The notes beneath the pieces are model-generated. The model was not told the origin of the DNA and did not search any database. It saw only the letters and a list, made by a program, of their open reading frames with translations. From the NCBI GenBank assembly GCA_003427395.1, contig BFEA01000013.1, positions 1,805,827 to 1,869,826 on the forward strand: 64,000 nucleotides of DNA, read 5' to 3'. This document shows positions 27,990-40,056 of this stretch, in pieces. Positions within the stretch are counted from its first letter, which is position 1, and the number at the start of each line of letters is the position of its first letter. This stretch comes from Chara braunii (lineage: Eukaryota; Plantae; Charophyceae). Made by a program: the position numbers and the translations under genes.

Positions 27990-30268
27990 ATGACAGGTCC
28001 CTCTGGACCAACCTTGAGAAAGGGAGGGCAGAGGAGGGATCAGAAAGTCTCAACGAGTACGGAGGAACTATCGGTTTACAGATCAGGGGATAACTTGCGT
28101 GTGTTCTTGAGGGATTTCGAGGAGTATGCTTTCATGCGAGAGTAGGATGATAAGATGAAGCTCTCAAAAGTGACTGGAGTAGGGGGATATAAAAAGAAAA
28201 TTGAAGAAGTGGCAGCGGGGTGCTTGAGGTGGAAGACGTGTGTGGTAAGATTGTGGCAACTCATTGGGAGTTTTTCCAGCGACGAGATTGAGGACGATTT
28301 GACGTTTGATGGGACAAACTTGGACGACTTTCTCGACAATTTACAACTATTTGCAGAGAAAGGTGGATGGAGTGATGAGGAAAAGAGGAAGAGATTGATA
28401 GAGAGGATAGAGAAAGATGAAAGTGAAGAAGTGAAAAGGATCGTGGAGGAAGTTTACAGTTGGCAAGGGATACTGGTAAAACTGCAAATGGCATACACCC
28501 AGGTAAGGCAGGACCTGACAGGAAAGGAAAGGCTGCAAGAAAAAGAATTGTGGATTGGGAAGAAGGAAAATGAGTTATTAGAAACGACACAGAAATAAGG
28601 GGAAGAAGAAGAAGTACCTTTGAGGCATCTGAGAAGCAAGCCAAAAACGTTTCCCAAGGATAAGAGCAGAGGAGCAAATCAGGCGGTGGAAAAGAGGAGA
28701 AAGGAAAAAAAGAGACAACAGTAGAGAGAGGAAGAGTCCAAAAGATAAATAAGGCACCAATGGTTAAAAGGGCTAAAGAGAAAAGGTCAGTTGAGGATGA
28801 AAGGGAAGGAGGGGAAGTGAAGAGAAGTGAGAGAGGAGCAAGACCAGAAGAGAGTAAGGAGGTGGAAGCAAAAGAAGTGGAATCAGAAAGGGTGGAAGAG
28901 AGAAAGGTGGAGTATGAAGGTTTATCTCAGCAAAAAATGGACGCAAAAGAGGGGCAAGTAAGCAAAGAAGAAAGAGCTCAGAGGGAGAAAAAAAAGGAAG
29001 AGTGGAGAGATTATGTAATCAAAATGTTGCAAGATGATGATCTGCTTATTAATTAATCTTGGGACGTAAGGTTCGAGAGGATGTTGCTTTCTGAATTGGT
29101 GGTAAGTTCAAAACACTCTACCAACATGCACAAGCTGATGGGACTGCATGAAATGTTGGATGAGAAGTGTACCAGTCTCTTTGAAGAGTATGTTGAGGTT
29201 GCAAGGAGACTGAGGGAGATGGATAGAGGAAAAAACGAGAGAGAAGTTGGAGAGGACTTGAAGGCATTGGGGAAGGGGCTTCAGTCAAAACTCAAAGAGA
29301 ATACTGAGTTTTTCACCCAAGGGTTTTTGGACTATATCCCTGGGCTCCTGAGAGAAATGAGCAGGTTGAGGAAAAAGAAGGAGAAAAGGGATGTCCAGGT
29401 GACAAGTTTGACAAAAAGATTGGAAGAGGTGAGAAAGGAACTGGAGGACTTGAAGAAGGGGAAAGAAAAGTTGTTGAAACAAGTAAGTACTTTGGAGGTG
29501 TCCCTGGCCCAAAAGGGCAAGGAGTTGGAAGATGAAGTGGCCGAGAGGGAGAAAGTGGAAAATAAGGTTGAAAGTTTGTGCTCAGGGATTAGTGTGCAAG
29601 GGGAAGATCTGGAACAAGAGATTACAAAGAGGGAAAAGATGAGTCAGGTATGGGAGAAAACGTGGGAGGTAATACTGAAAAGGATGGAAGAGCTCAAACT
29701 GAGCCACCAAGAGAAAGAGATGGAGACCACGAGAGTGGTGGAATGGAAGGATGAGGAAGGATTTGAGATCAAGATGGCAGAAGGAGAAAGGGAGGCTCCT
29801 CAGTCAAAAGAAGGAGAAGGGAGGAAGGGTGAACAGACTAAGATTGGAAAGGAAGGACCCTCCAGCAAGAGGCCACAAGAAGAGCCAAGGGTTGAAGAGC
29901 CTCCTGCCTCAGAAGAAAAAAAGAGTGAATGTTTAACTTTGCCTCAGCAGAAGAGCATCAAGAGGAATGGACAGTCTGGAATGAAACTCTCAGAAAGAGT
30001 TGGGAGTCAGACAGAGACTTTGACTCGGCCTCCCACAAAGAAGGTCAGATATAACAAAGTCAGAAATGGATGTTTCTTTTGTACAGAGGAAGGACACTTC
30101 CGGTATGATTGTACCATATTGGCCGAATATATTAGGAAAGGGATGGTCAGGTTTGACTCGAGAGGGAGGCTGGTAACCAGCAATGGACAGACAATCCCCA
30201 AGACACCTGAAGGTGGTAAAGTAGAGCTTCATAGGATGTTGGGGCTGACATCCACTTTCTCAGGGTAG
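27990..30268 (+). pseudogene. Extra ORF of element A (~750 codons, several stops, at least one frameshift): Gag-like N-terminus, coiled coil, CCHC zinc knuckle
   Basis: YRSGDNLRVFLRDFEEYA and FDGTNLDDFLDNLQLFAEKGGWSDEEK capsid-like segments; E/K-rich heptads; CFFCTEEGHFRYDC. Confidence 0.75.
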
Positions 30269-31833
30269 AAAAGGGTAGGAATTTATAAGTTAAGGCGCTT
30301 TGATAAGGGACAGGGAAAACGAATGAGTGAATAGAGTACAGTATGGAAAAGAAGGGCAGACTTTCTAGGACTTGGTAGGGGTAGAAACTCAGAAGTGGAT
30401 GGTAGTATAAGGGAAAATGCATAAACATTCAGGAGGTGAGATGAAAGTGAATAGGATGAGTCACAAGTATGACTCGCTGTATCATACTTGTATTTATATA
30501 TACATATAAATGATCCAAAAATGGAGAATGAGCGGGTGACCACGAACACTTTTCACATTTGTGAGTGAATCTTTGTCCATGATTTCGAGTCTTCTTTTGT
30601 GAATGAGTACCTTCCTTCATCTATCACTATTTAGAATCTCTGAGGTCTGGGGATGGTGGTAGAGGAAACGGGCGGGTCAGTGTATGAACGAAAGTCGGCA
30701 AAGGATTGAATGATCTGATGCTGAATTGATTACATATGTATGATTGGAATGTCATACTATGATATGGACAAACTCCCCTCAATGGGTAAAGATTGTTTTG
30801 CAAGTGGCTTTGAATGGGATATCTGTTTTTGGATCGATCAGACAAGCAAAGAGTCAACGACCTTGATTTCAATTCAAATATTTGGTTCTTGTATATATCA
30901 ATGACCCCGAGGTGCATGCCTCACCGAGCTAAGATGAAAGACTTGGAGGGCACAACCCTGAGTGGCAACCTGACGATAACTCAATTGTTTGGAAATCTCA
31001 TTTAATTGGTTTATTTTGAAAGAAGCATCGTTCGTCCATCTCAAGGGTTAACCTGAGGGCATAAAATACCAATCCTATGGTGGAAAATTGACATTGTTGG
31101 GACATAACTCCCAACGTGGGCTGCTGACCTAGCATAACCAAGCAGCGGACTCTTTGACTATGGCCTAGAAGAGAGACTAGAGGGGATGATCACCCCGGTG
31201 AAGGAATCTATTCAGGTAGGAGTCAGAGGGGTTGAGATTAGTCTTGAAATTTGTGAATATATTTTAAAAAGGTAGGCTGAATATCCCATCGTTGCGCAAC
31301 CAACGAGGGTAACCACTGATAAGCAACAACGTGGTAGACCGCAGCTTCGGCCTGATCAGCAGGACTGTGGTGGGTCATGATGGAGACCGCTTGTCCTTCT
31401 GTATTAGGCTTCGGGCAGGACAACAGACAACTTTGGACGGTAATATCAAGAGTTGAGCGCCCAAGGTCTCGGTTAGGACCCGCATTTGAAGGGTTGAGTT
31501 CGCAAGTAGACACCGACCCTGAAAAACAACCAACGAATATTTGCACCAAAGTCTAAGGGTATGGGGAAGAAGGAGGCAGTGCCATACTTGACTATTTCAT
31601 GTACTGTAGTACGGATCAATTATCCCCACTTCAAGTCATTGAATTTATTTTGTAATGTGGGAGACCCAGGTTAAAATCCCGGCAGTAATAATGAAAAGTG
31701 AGGTGACGATGTCAATCCTGAACCACATTTCATTCCAGGATTCAGATTTGACAATTTGCTTGTTGGAAAACATCTTTTGGTTGCATACAGTTTCCCAGGC
31801 GACGGAGACGTCACTTAATAGGGTCTGGGATAC

Positions 31834-32162
31834 CGTCGAGCCAAATACCCTTACAAGGGTATTCGACCGTGATTTTTGCAATTGACAGGGTCGGTTACGC
31901 TAATTACCTTGAGGGAACTAGTCTGAGCTTAGAATTTTGTATGGGCGCGCTCGTCATCGTAGCGCGCGCTGTAATGATTAGGATCGACGTTGAATACCCT
32001 TCGATCGAGAAAAGGTCGAGGGGATTGAGTTGGTTACTGCCATGATACGTAGAGTGTCGGGCTTGCTCGACCACGGATACCCGATGCGTCTGCCTTTACT
32101 TAGTATAGTACCATCATACCTGCCATTTGGGTGTTCTTCCCGAGGCGACCCTCAGAGAGCGG
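31834..32162 (+). repeat. First 329 bp of the 3' LTR of element A
   Basis: CGTCGAGCCAAATACCCTTACAAGGGTATT start after GGGTCTGGGATAC, same junction as at 51404; homologous to the start of the E LTR. Confidence 0.85.
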
Positions 32163-35100
32163 TGTCGAGCGTGGAGGTCTCACACCCCGCTGGAAGCACT
32201 GAACCTCACGGTCGTGTCACACATAATTTATTTTTTTGAAGAACAACAAGTCACCACTCCGACCGTGTGCACCGGATATACCTCTCACGACACCCCACGA
32301 CAGGTCAGGGCGTCGCGAGGTACAACTTACCTCTACCCGAGGGGCTGTCACCACCCTCAGGTAGGCGTATCCCTGTTGAGCTACCAGCCCACATGCGAAG
32401 GCTTTTACATGCCTTTGTAGAGGTTGGTTGGCCGAGGGCGTTTGCTCGATCGCTATAGCATAAAACGGGGTACGAGTGGTAAAACGCCTAGAACTGACCC
32501 GTTAGATATTCAGGTCGAACTCTTAAGAGACGGTCTATTTCCGCTATTGTGTAATGTGTTATTTTCTTGACAAATATCAATCAAACCAAAGAGCGTCCTA
32601 TCTTTCTTAACAGGTTGTGACTTAGATGAATATCATAATAATATAAAAGTTAAGTTGGACATATGATGAATATGAAAGTATTACCGTCGAGAACCCTTCC
32701 CACTTTCACAAGTGTTGTGTGTTCGAGACTCTTCAACAGACCAGGTCGAGTTCAATCCAAAATCACACACATAACAGACCTGCATGGAATAATGTAAAGA
32801 CAGTTCACATGCCATGCACTAACAACGTCAACCATCATCCATTGACCTTGTCCCTCATTTCCCAAACTATGTATGACAACCTTATCTTTCCTGAGACGTA
32901 AGCCCAAACCCCTCACATTTCTTCAAAGGGCCCTTCAGAGTGACTATGACCATTTAGGCAATGACCACAGGTGACAGTTTTACTGACCACAGGGTTTGAC
33001 TTTAAAGGTGGGTATCAAGTCAAAAGGGGAAAAGTCGAATCGGTAACAACTGACCTGTTATCGAAAGATAACAGAAATTTGGGCCCTTTTTTGTATACCT
33101 CTTCCTTGAAATGAGGTAGATAAACAGAGACCTGCACACACACAGGTCAACAAAGATTCAACACCCCCACTCAATTCCCACATATTGATATCTAAGGGTC
33201 GAGCCCTTGGATATGAGTAGTGAGCTCTAGGATCGACATCCCAGGTCTAATCCCTAGTTTTACTCTCACAACCCTACCCTAAGTCGTTTGGCACTCTCTC
33301 CTTTCTCTCAAGGAGTCTCAAGCCTGCATCCTAAGTCATGTTAGGAAAACTCATATTTCCCCTACTCTAAGTCCTTACATTTTCTCTCCTGGAAATAAGC
33401 GCACCGTTTGACGCTTATTGTAGATGAGATATAGCTCATTCATCGTCGTGGGCCTTGTGGCATTCCATCCGAAAGCCATGGACAGTCATGGACCACGCGG
33501 TGATTCTTTTTCTATTAGTATTCTTTTTCCCGCGGTCTTATCTTTTTTTTTTCCTTGCTTCTCTTCTAGATATGTAAAGACCTTGCTTCAACAAGAGCAT
33601 TGTTTCTTCCTTTCTCTTCTATTTGTGTTAACATACTCAAGTAGTAGACGGATTCGGACATGAATCTCTTGCTACCTGATCAATATCAAGCAATTTGTTA
33701 ATCAAACTGACAGTCGAGTAAGTCACACATGAGTATTTGATCCCCTGTTAAGTTCCACTCAATGTACACATATGATCTAATCAGAGTAGCAGGATAGCTC
33801 ACACATGAGCATCCTTCCCTAAACAAATAGTTAAGGCTCCTACAGAAGCACCCTACTACTTGCTTTAGGTATCCTTCTGAAAGATCTGGACATCATCCCC
33901 TTCCCAGAGGTTAATAACGGTCTGCGTGAATAATAAGCGACCCGCACAAGAGCCTCCTACTATCACGTGACAAGGTCCTCTTCATGAGAGCAGTAGGATA
34001 ATCCTAACAAGGGTATCATGTTGCCCTTCCGAAGCCGGCCCACCTGAGACCGGGTTAGTTTGGACAGAAGACGAGTATTTAGGGTATTCCTACAGGAGTA
34101 TCCTTCCCCCTTGTAAGTTAGTATCAGAATCAAGTAGGTAATAGACAGACCCCAATAGATGCCCCTCTACTACTTTCCTTGGGTAATGAGTAGTCCCGCC
34201 ATTAAACAAGTAATAGGATGACTCCTACAGACGCCTCCCTATTACCGGTCTGGTGGTCGGGCTGTCTGAAGGTAAGTAAGCTAGGAAAGAAAGAGTAGCA
34301 ATGTGATTTTCTACTCTTTGCAGGTTGTTAGTCGGCCTTAGACTCAAGCGTGTGAATAGGATGACCCTCCCTGGAACCTCCTACTACACCTTGAATAAGT
34401 ACAAAGACCGAAACTTCTGGAGCCATTAATAAGAAAGGAAGTTAGTACAAAAATCCCCTGAGTTCACTTTTCACAACAAGCAGACCCTAGTTAATCAACT
34501 GGAACGTGGTGAGGTAGCACACACATGAGTATCGCCACCTTCTCATTATGCCAATCGTCCCAGCCTCAAAGAGCAAGTGTCCAACCCATACATGGGTTTT
34601 CTACCACCTTCGGAGACTGGTCCGGTAGGCTAACAGGGCGACCCGCACAAGAGCCTCCCTTTACTATTTCTAAATGTCAGACACCTCTGCCCGTCACGAC
34701 AACACTCGATCCGACAGTTAGTAAGGTAACTCGCACATGAGCACCTAATTTAGTTCATAAGTTAGTGTCAGATACCTCTTTCCGTCACAACGACAGTCGA
34801 TCCAGCAGATGGTAAGGTAACTCACACATGCGTACCTAAGTTAGTTCATAAGTTAGTATTAGACATCTCTGCCCATTACGACGACAGTCAATCCGACAGT
34901 TAGTAAGGTAACTCACACATGAGCATCTAATATAGTTCATAAGTTAGTGTCAGACACCTCTTTCCGTCACGACGACAGTCGATCCGGCAGATGGTAAGGT
35001 AACTCACACATGAGTACCTAAGTTAGTTCATAAGTCAATGTCAGAACCCTCTTCCCATCACGATGACAGCCGATCCGGTAGACAGCAAGGTGACTCACAC

Positions 35101-35686
35101 ATGAGTACCTAATCGTTAACCCTTAGTCAAGTCAGCGCATACGTAAGTAGCACGACGACTCACACATTAGCCTTTATCGCACCACTTTGTTCTTCAAACC
35201 CAAGCAATCTTAGGTTCCTTCCTTCCATCAGGCAGGATTCTACTTCAGTCATATATTCTTGTTACTTTTGATAAACTTAGTCCTGAAGAAGGCAAAAATA
35301 GTATATCATACAATCATACAGGCATTCCAATAGAAGGGCGTAGCCTGCAGGGTTACGGGAAGGGGTTAGGTGACACGTACCTCATGATTCCCTGCCTCCA
35401 GAGTTCCTCCTGAACTCCGGCAGAGCTCTCGCAATCGCCTTGTCATCGATCTCGTATCATACATGCAATAGGACGTCTGGACCTTTATAGGAATATATCA
35501 TTAGACAAGTTATAGTGTTGAAGAGATCGGTTCATGAGATGATCAAACAGGGAAAAAAATGGAGGAGGGTGGAGGAGGTAGGTACCACCACACAGTGATA
35601 ATGTCTCTCTCCTCTCCAACACCCCACACTCTTCCCCTTTTTGGCCCCTGCTTATCTCAGGATGTTTTAATAGTGAAACAACAACC

Positions 35687-35744
<58 letters not shown>

Positions 35745-37203
35745 TCAATACTACTACTAGTAGTATCAGAAGGTAAGCGTGTCAGACTGCGGACTACGCC
35801 GTCACACTGAAAGCCAAAAAAAACTGACACTGTTCGGAATAGTAATAATGCGTCGCTACCATACCAACAGAGAATCAGATCATCGCATCAGATCGTCAAT
35901 GAAGATGTTGACTATCTTAGACCATTGCATAGACCAGGTACATACCCTTACATCATCAACCTCATCCCTCTCTCTCTCACTCATGTACATACTTACACAC
36001 AGACACGGGTCGAGGGATCACACAAAATTCACACTCGAGACCAGAGATGCAGAGTCCGGATATGCTCAGTCATAACAGATTACTACAGTTTCTGGGATTA
36101 GTCACTAAGTGCCCAGAAGCGTAGTTCACAGCAACCCAATACCAGTACCCGCATCAAAGGTAGGCGGCTCTCCTCGTTATCTGTGTCTGTCTGTCTGAAT
36201 GTCTGTATGTATGTATCTGTCTGTCTGAATCAGTCTTGTCTGACCGTCTGCGTCTGTTTGGCTGATTGTCTGTTTCTGACTGTTTCTTGTATCTATCTGT
36301 CTGATCCTTCTCTCTCTCTCTTCTCCTGACTGTTACTCACTCCTCTCCCGGTTCTTCTTTTTTCCGTCTCCCTTTCTTGTATGCATGTTCGTCCCCCCTT
36401 TCGCACCCTCTCTGTATCTTTGCATCTCTCTCTCTCCCTCTCCCTCTTTCTGTGTCTGTATTGTTTCTGGCTTGTTAATCTGAACGCCACTGTCCGTCTG
36501 TATGTTCGTCTCCCTGTCTGCGTTTGTAAGATAGTCTGTTCTTGTTTCTCGGTCTGTCTTGCTTGTCTGTTTGACTGTCTGTTTGTCAAGCTGTCTGTTT
36601 CTGTTCTGCCTGTTTGGTCTGTTTGTTTATTCTGTTCTTTGTCTGTGTTCCGTCGCTGTCTGTCTGGTCACCTGTGTCTGGCTGTTTGTTTCGTGACCTG
36701 CATCTGCCTGCCTGCTCGTTTTGTCAATTCTCTCCCCTTTTGTTTACGTTGTCTGTCAGTTCCGCTAATTGTCTATTACTGTTTGTATCTGTCTGTTTGT
36801 TGTTGTCTGTCGGTGCCTGTTTGTCTAACGGCCCGCCTGTCATACGAGTCTGTTTCGTTCATACCCGCCGTCGTCTATCTGTTTGTATTCTGTTTGTCGT
36901 TGTTTTGACTGTCTGTCTATTTCTGTTTCGTTCGTTGAGTCTGTCCGACTATTTGTCTGTCCGCCTTCTGTTGGTTTGAATGTTTCTATTTAGTCAGACT
37001 GTTGTTGTTTGCATGTCCGGTTGTTCGTCCCTCTGTCTCACTTGTTAGATTTTGTCTGTCTTGGTCTATTTGTCCCAATCTTCGCTTGTTCTCTCTGTCC
37101 GTATTTGTCTGTGTATATTTGTCTGTGTCCTCTGTCTATCTGTCTATTTTTCGTCCGTTCGTGTCTGTCGTTTTGTCTTTGTGAGAGTGAGTGTATAGAG
37201 CGT
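32163..37203 (-). mobile_element. LTR D, 3' portion (solo or 3' LTR), antisense, inserted in the 3' LTR of A
   Basis: Minus strand ends ...GCTCGACA at 32163 with no PBS beyond; 32170-33400 is homologous to LTR B. Confidence 0.85.
33700..35170 (-). repeat. Stem-loop array in LTR D, including five ~91-bp tandem units at ~34676-35115
   Basis: Repeated AGGTAACTCACACATGAGTACCT and GTAATAGGATGAC...CCTATTAC hairpins. Confidence 0.8.
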
Positions 37204-39233
37204 TGTCGGACCAAATACCCTTACAAGGGTATTTGGCCATGCTTTTACATTCGACACGGTGACGGCATCGACTACCATAATGAAGCCAGTCTGGAATGGA
37301 AAGGGTGTGCACGCTTGAGTGTGACGCTCGAAACGAATACCTCGGCCAATGAGGCCGGGGCAAAATCGGTAAGAAAATTTCGATAAGTATGTGCGCGCGT
37401 TATTGTGACGTGCGCTCTAATGGTTAGAATCAGTAATAATACCCTTCGACCGAAGAGGTCGAGGGGTCGATTGGGTTAAGTGTTATGACGGGTAAACCTA
37501 TACAACCTACACCGTGACGGAGGCTTAAGCGTCCGTACGATAGTCAAGTTAAAATTAATATACGCCCCGACCGTACGGGCGGAGCAATTAACAATGAGTG
37601 ATCGTCAGGTTGAGGTAGCACCCTGAAATGCTAAGAGCTTGGCTCAAGCGGTATACCACGAGTAGGACTAAGGGTCTCACCCGAGTTCCCGCATATGGCG
37701 AAGCGTTTGCCTCTTACACGGTGACTTCCTGACTCCGTGGCACGCTTGCCTTTACTAGGTATGGTACCAGCCTACCTGCTACTTGAGTGTTTTCCCCGCT
37801 GTTATGAGTATGCAGGTTTAATCCACTGCCTTATAACGTTTCCGCCGCGTCCCTCAAGGCCACGACTACAGGTAAGTACCGGGCCTACGGGCCTTCAGAG
37901 CAACTATGTGCCCTTGCGGGTCACACACACGCCCAAGCCGACAGGCATGCAGACCGGCATGCGTACGCACACACAGACTTGGAAAACAGACTCAGGCCAC
38001 TAAGTAGGCCGAGCCCTCGATCCTCTGTATGTACCTTAGCGACTCTTTTCCTAACCATAATAGGAGCTAGCTCAGTTGGTTTAGGTGTAGATTGACAAGC
38101 GGGAGACACAGGGATCGAGGTTTACTGTCGCTGAGATTAGCTCCTTTTGAAAAGGGAGCCCTGCTTTTTTTTTTGCCCAGTTTCGAGTGGTCGGGGCTTG
38201 AACCCGCGATCACAGCATTAGGAGTAGTTATAGTTAGGTTGTTTGCCCAACAATTGGCACGTCGGAGGAGTTTGCAGTTGAAAATTTCTTTTGTTTTCTT
38301 TATTTTATTATTATTAGATTCGATTTTTAATTTTAGATTCTTTATATGTATGTATATTTTTATTTCTTTTAATTTTTCTGATCCCGTAGTTACTCTCCAC
38401 AGATTCGCTTTAGTGAATTTGTGTAAGGAAGCCGGGCAGATTCATTCTGCAAAGTCTGCTCGATTCAGAAAACGATGTCGAGGACTTGGTCCGCGCGATT
38501 TGGACTCAATGCTCGTCGGATGATCAGCGAACGCACGGGGAGCGGCGAAGATGGTCGGGTGGTGGTAGCAAGAGGGGAGATGCGCGGAGGGAGAGGAGGA
38601 GGATTGCGAGGAAGAAGGGCGACACGCGGGAGAGTAACGAGAGGAGTAATGGCAGGAGAAGACAGAAGAAGAAGAAGAAGTAGGAGGGAAGGAGGAGGAG
38701 AAGAAGAAGAAGGAGGGAGAAAGGAGAGGCGGAACCGCGGGAGAAGGAAGAGCGGCCGCGATGGGAAACAGCGGGCGAGTAGGAGGTGGTGTGCGGGGAT
38801 CAACTAAGAAGATGTGTGGTAGAAGGTAAGCGCGGGAAGCAGCGAAGATGACGAGCGGGATAGCATAAAGGAGGAAGATGGTCACGCGCAGAGAAAGTAG
38901 TATCGGAAGAAGAAGAAGGAGAAGAAGAAGAAGATGAAGAAGAAGAAGAAGAAAGAGGAGGAGGAGGAAAGAAGTAGAGGGGGAAAACACTTACCTGACC
39001 GTGCGGTCAGATGATTGCGGCTCCGACGACGACGACGACAACAAGCTAACGACGTGCCGCCGCCGCCACCGACGACAACAAGCTAACGACGTGCCGCCGC
39101 CGCCGCCGACGACGATGGCGATGACAAGGGAGCAAGAGAGAGAAAGCGGGTAAGTCTCCTACCCCAAGGCTAGCCGCACGCTACTTGGATCGGAAGACTC
39201 ATTCCGCTTTTGGTCGTCCTATCNNNNNNNNNN

Positions 39234-39328
<95 letters not shown>

Positions 39329-39503
39329 ATCAGTCTCCAACTCGCGCTTCGCCGCACGCTACCTGGATCGATAGAACGAGCAAATCAACAAGTGGTTGTG
39401 TATATTGCCACGTTTCAGCGGAAGATTCATTCCGTTTTTGCTCATCCTATCGATGGAATGTATGTGATCCTATCGATGGAATGAGAGTGATCCTAACGAT
39501 GGA

Positions 39504-39586
<83 letters not shown>

Positions 39587-39978
39587 GAGGCATGGAGACA
39601 CGTGGCATTTGTGTGTGGGGTTGAGTTTGTGAGTGTAGCGCGAGACATACCTGGTGCTGGAAAGCGTGCGACATCGGTCGCCATGTGCTCGTACTTCGGG
39701 AATGATGTTAATGTCATCTTTCGAATTCGTAGTATAAGCTAGATAGGATCCGCCACATGTAGTTTGGTCGCTGAGCGCCAAATAGGATATCAACTTTAGT
39801 TCTTCGTTGATGATGACGGGAATATTTCAGCATTGTCAATTATGAACTCTTTGTGTGTTCTTATTTGGTGGATCTCGTGATGCAATTATGCTGTTGGTTC
39901 AAGGTAAAGACTATCTGGACTCGTATGTATGATGCTGTTTGATTACTGAAAATCGTTAATTTTTTTTTTGCATATTTA

Positions 39979-40056
<78 letters not shown>

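Larger units (their letters stand above)
2551..32162 (+). mobile_element. Element A: decayed autonomous-type Ty3/gypsy LTR retrotransposon with nested insertions; 5' LTR truncated on the left, 3' LTR interrupted at 32162
   Basis: LTR end ...GTGCAACA (12094) then PBS; gag, PR, RT, RNase H, IN in gypsy order; extra ORF; 3' LTR start motif at 31834. Confidence 0.9.

Noticed and set aside
27990-30268. env gene
   Set aside because: No signal peptide or transmembrane segment visible; hydrophilic coiled coil plus zinc knuckle instead
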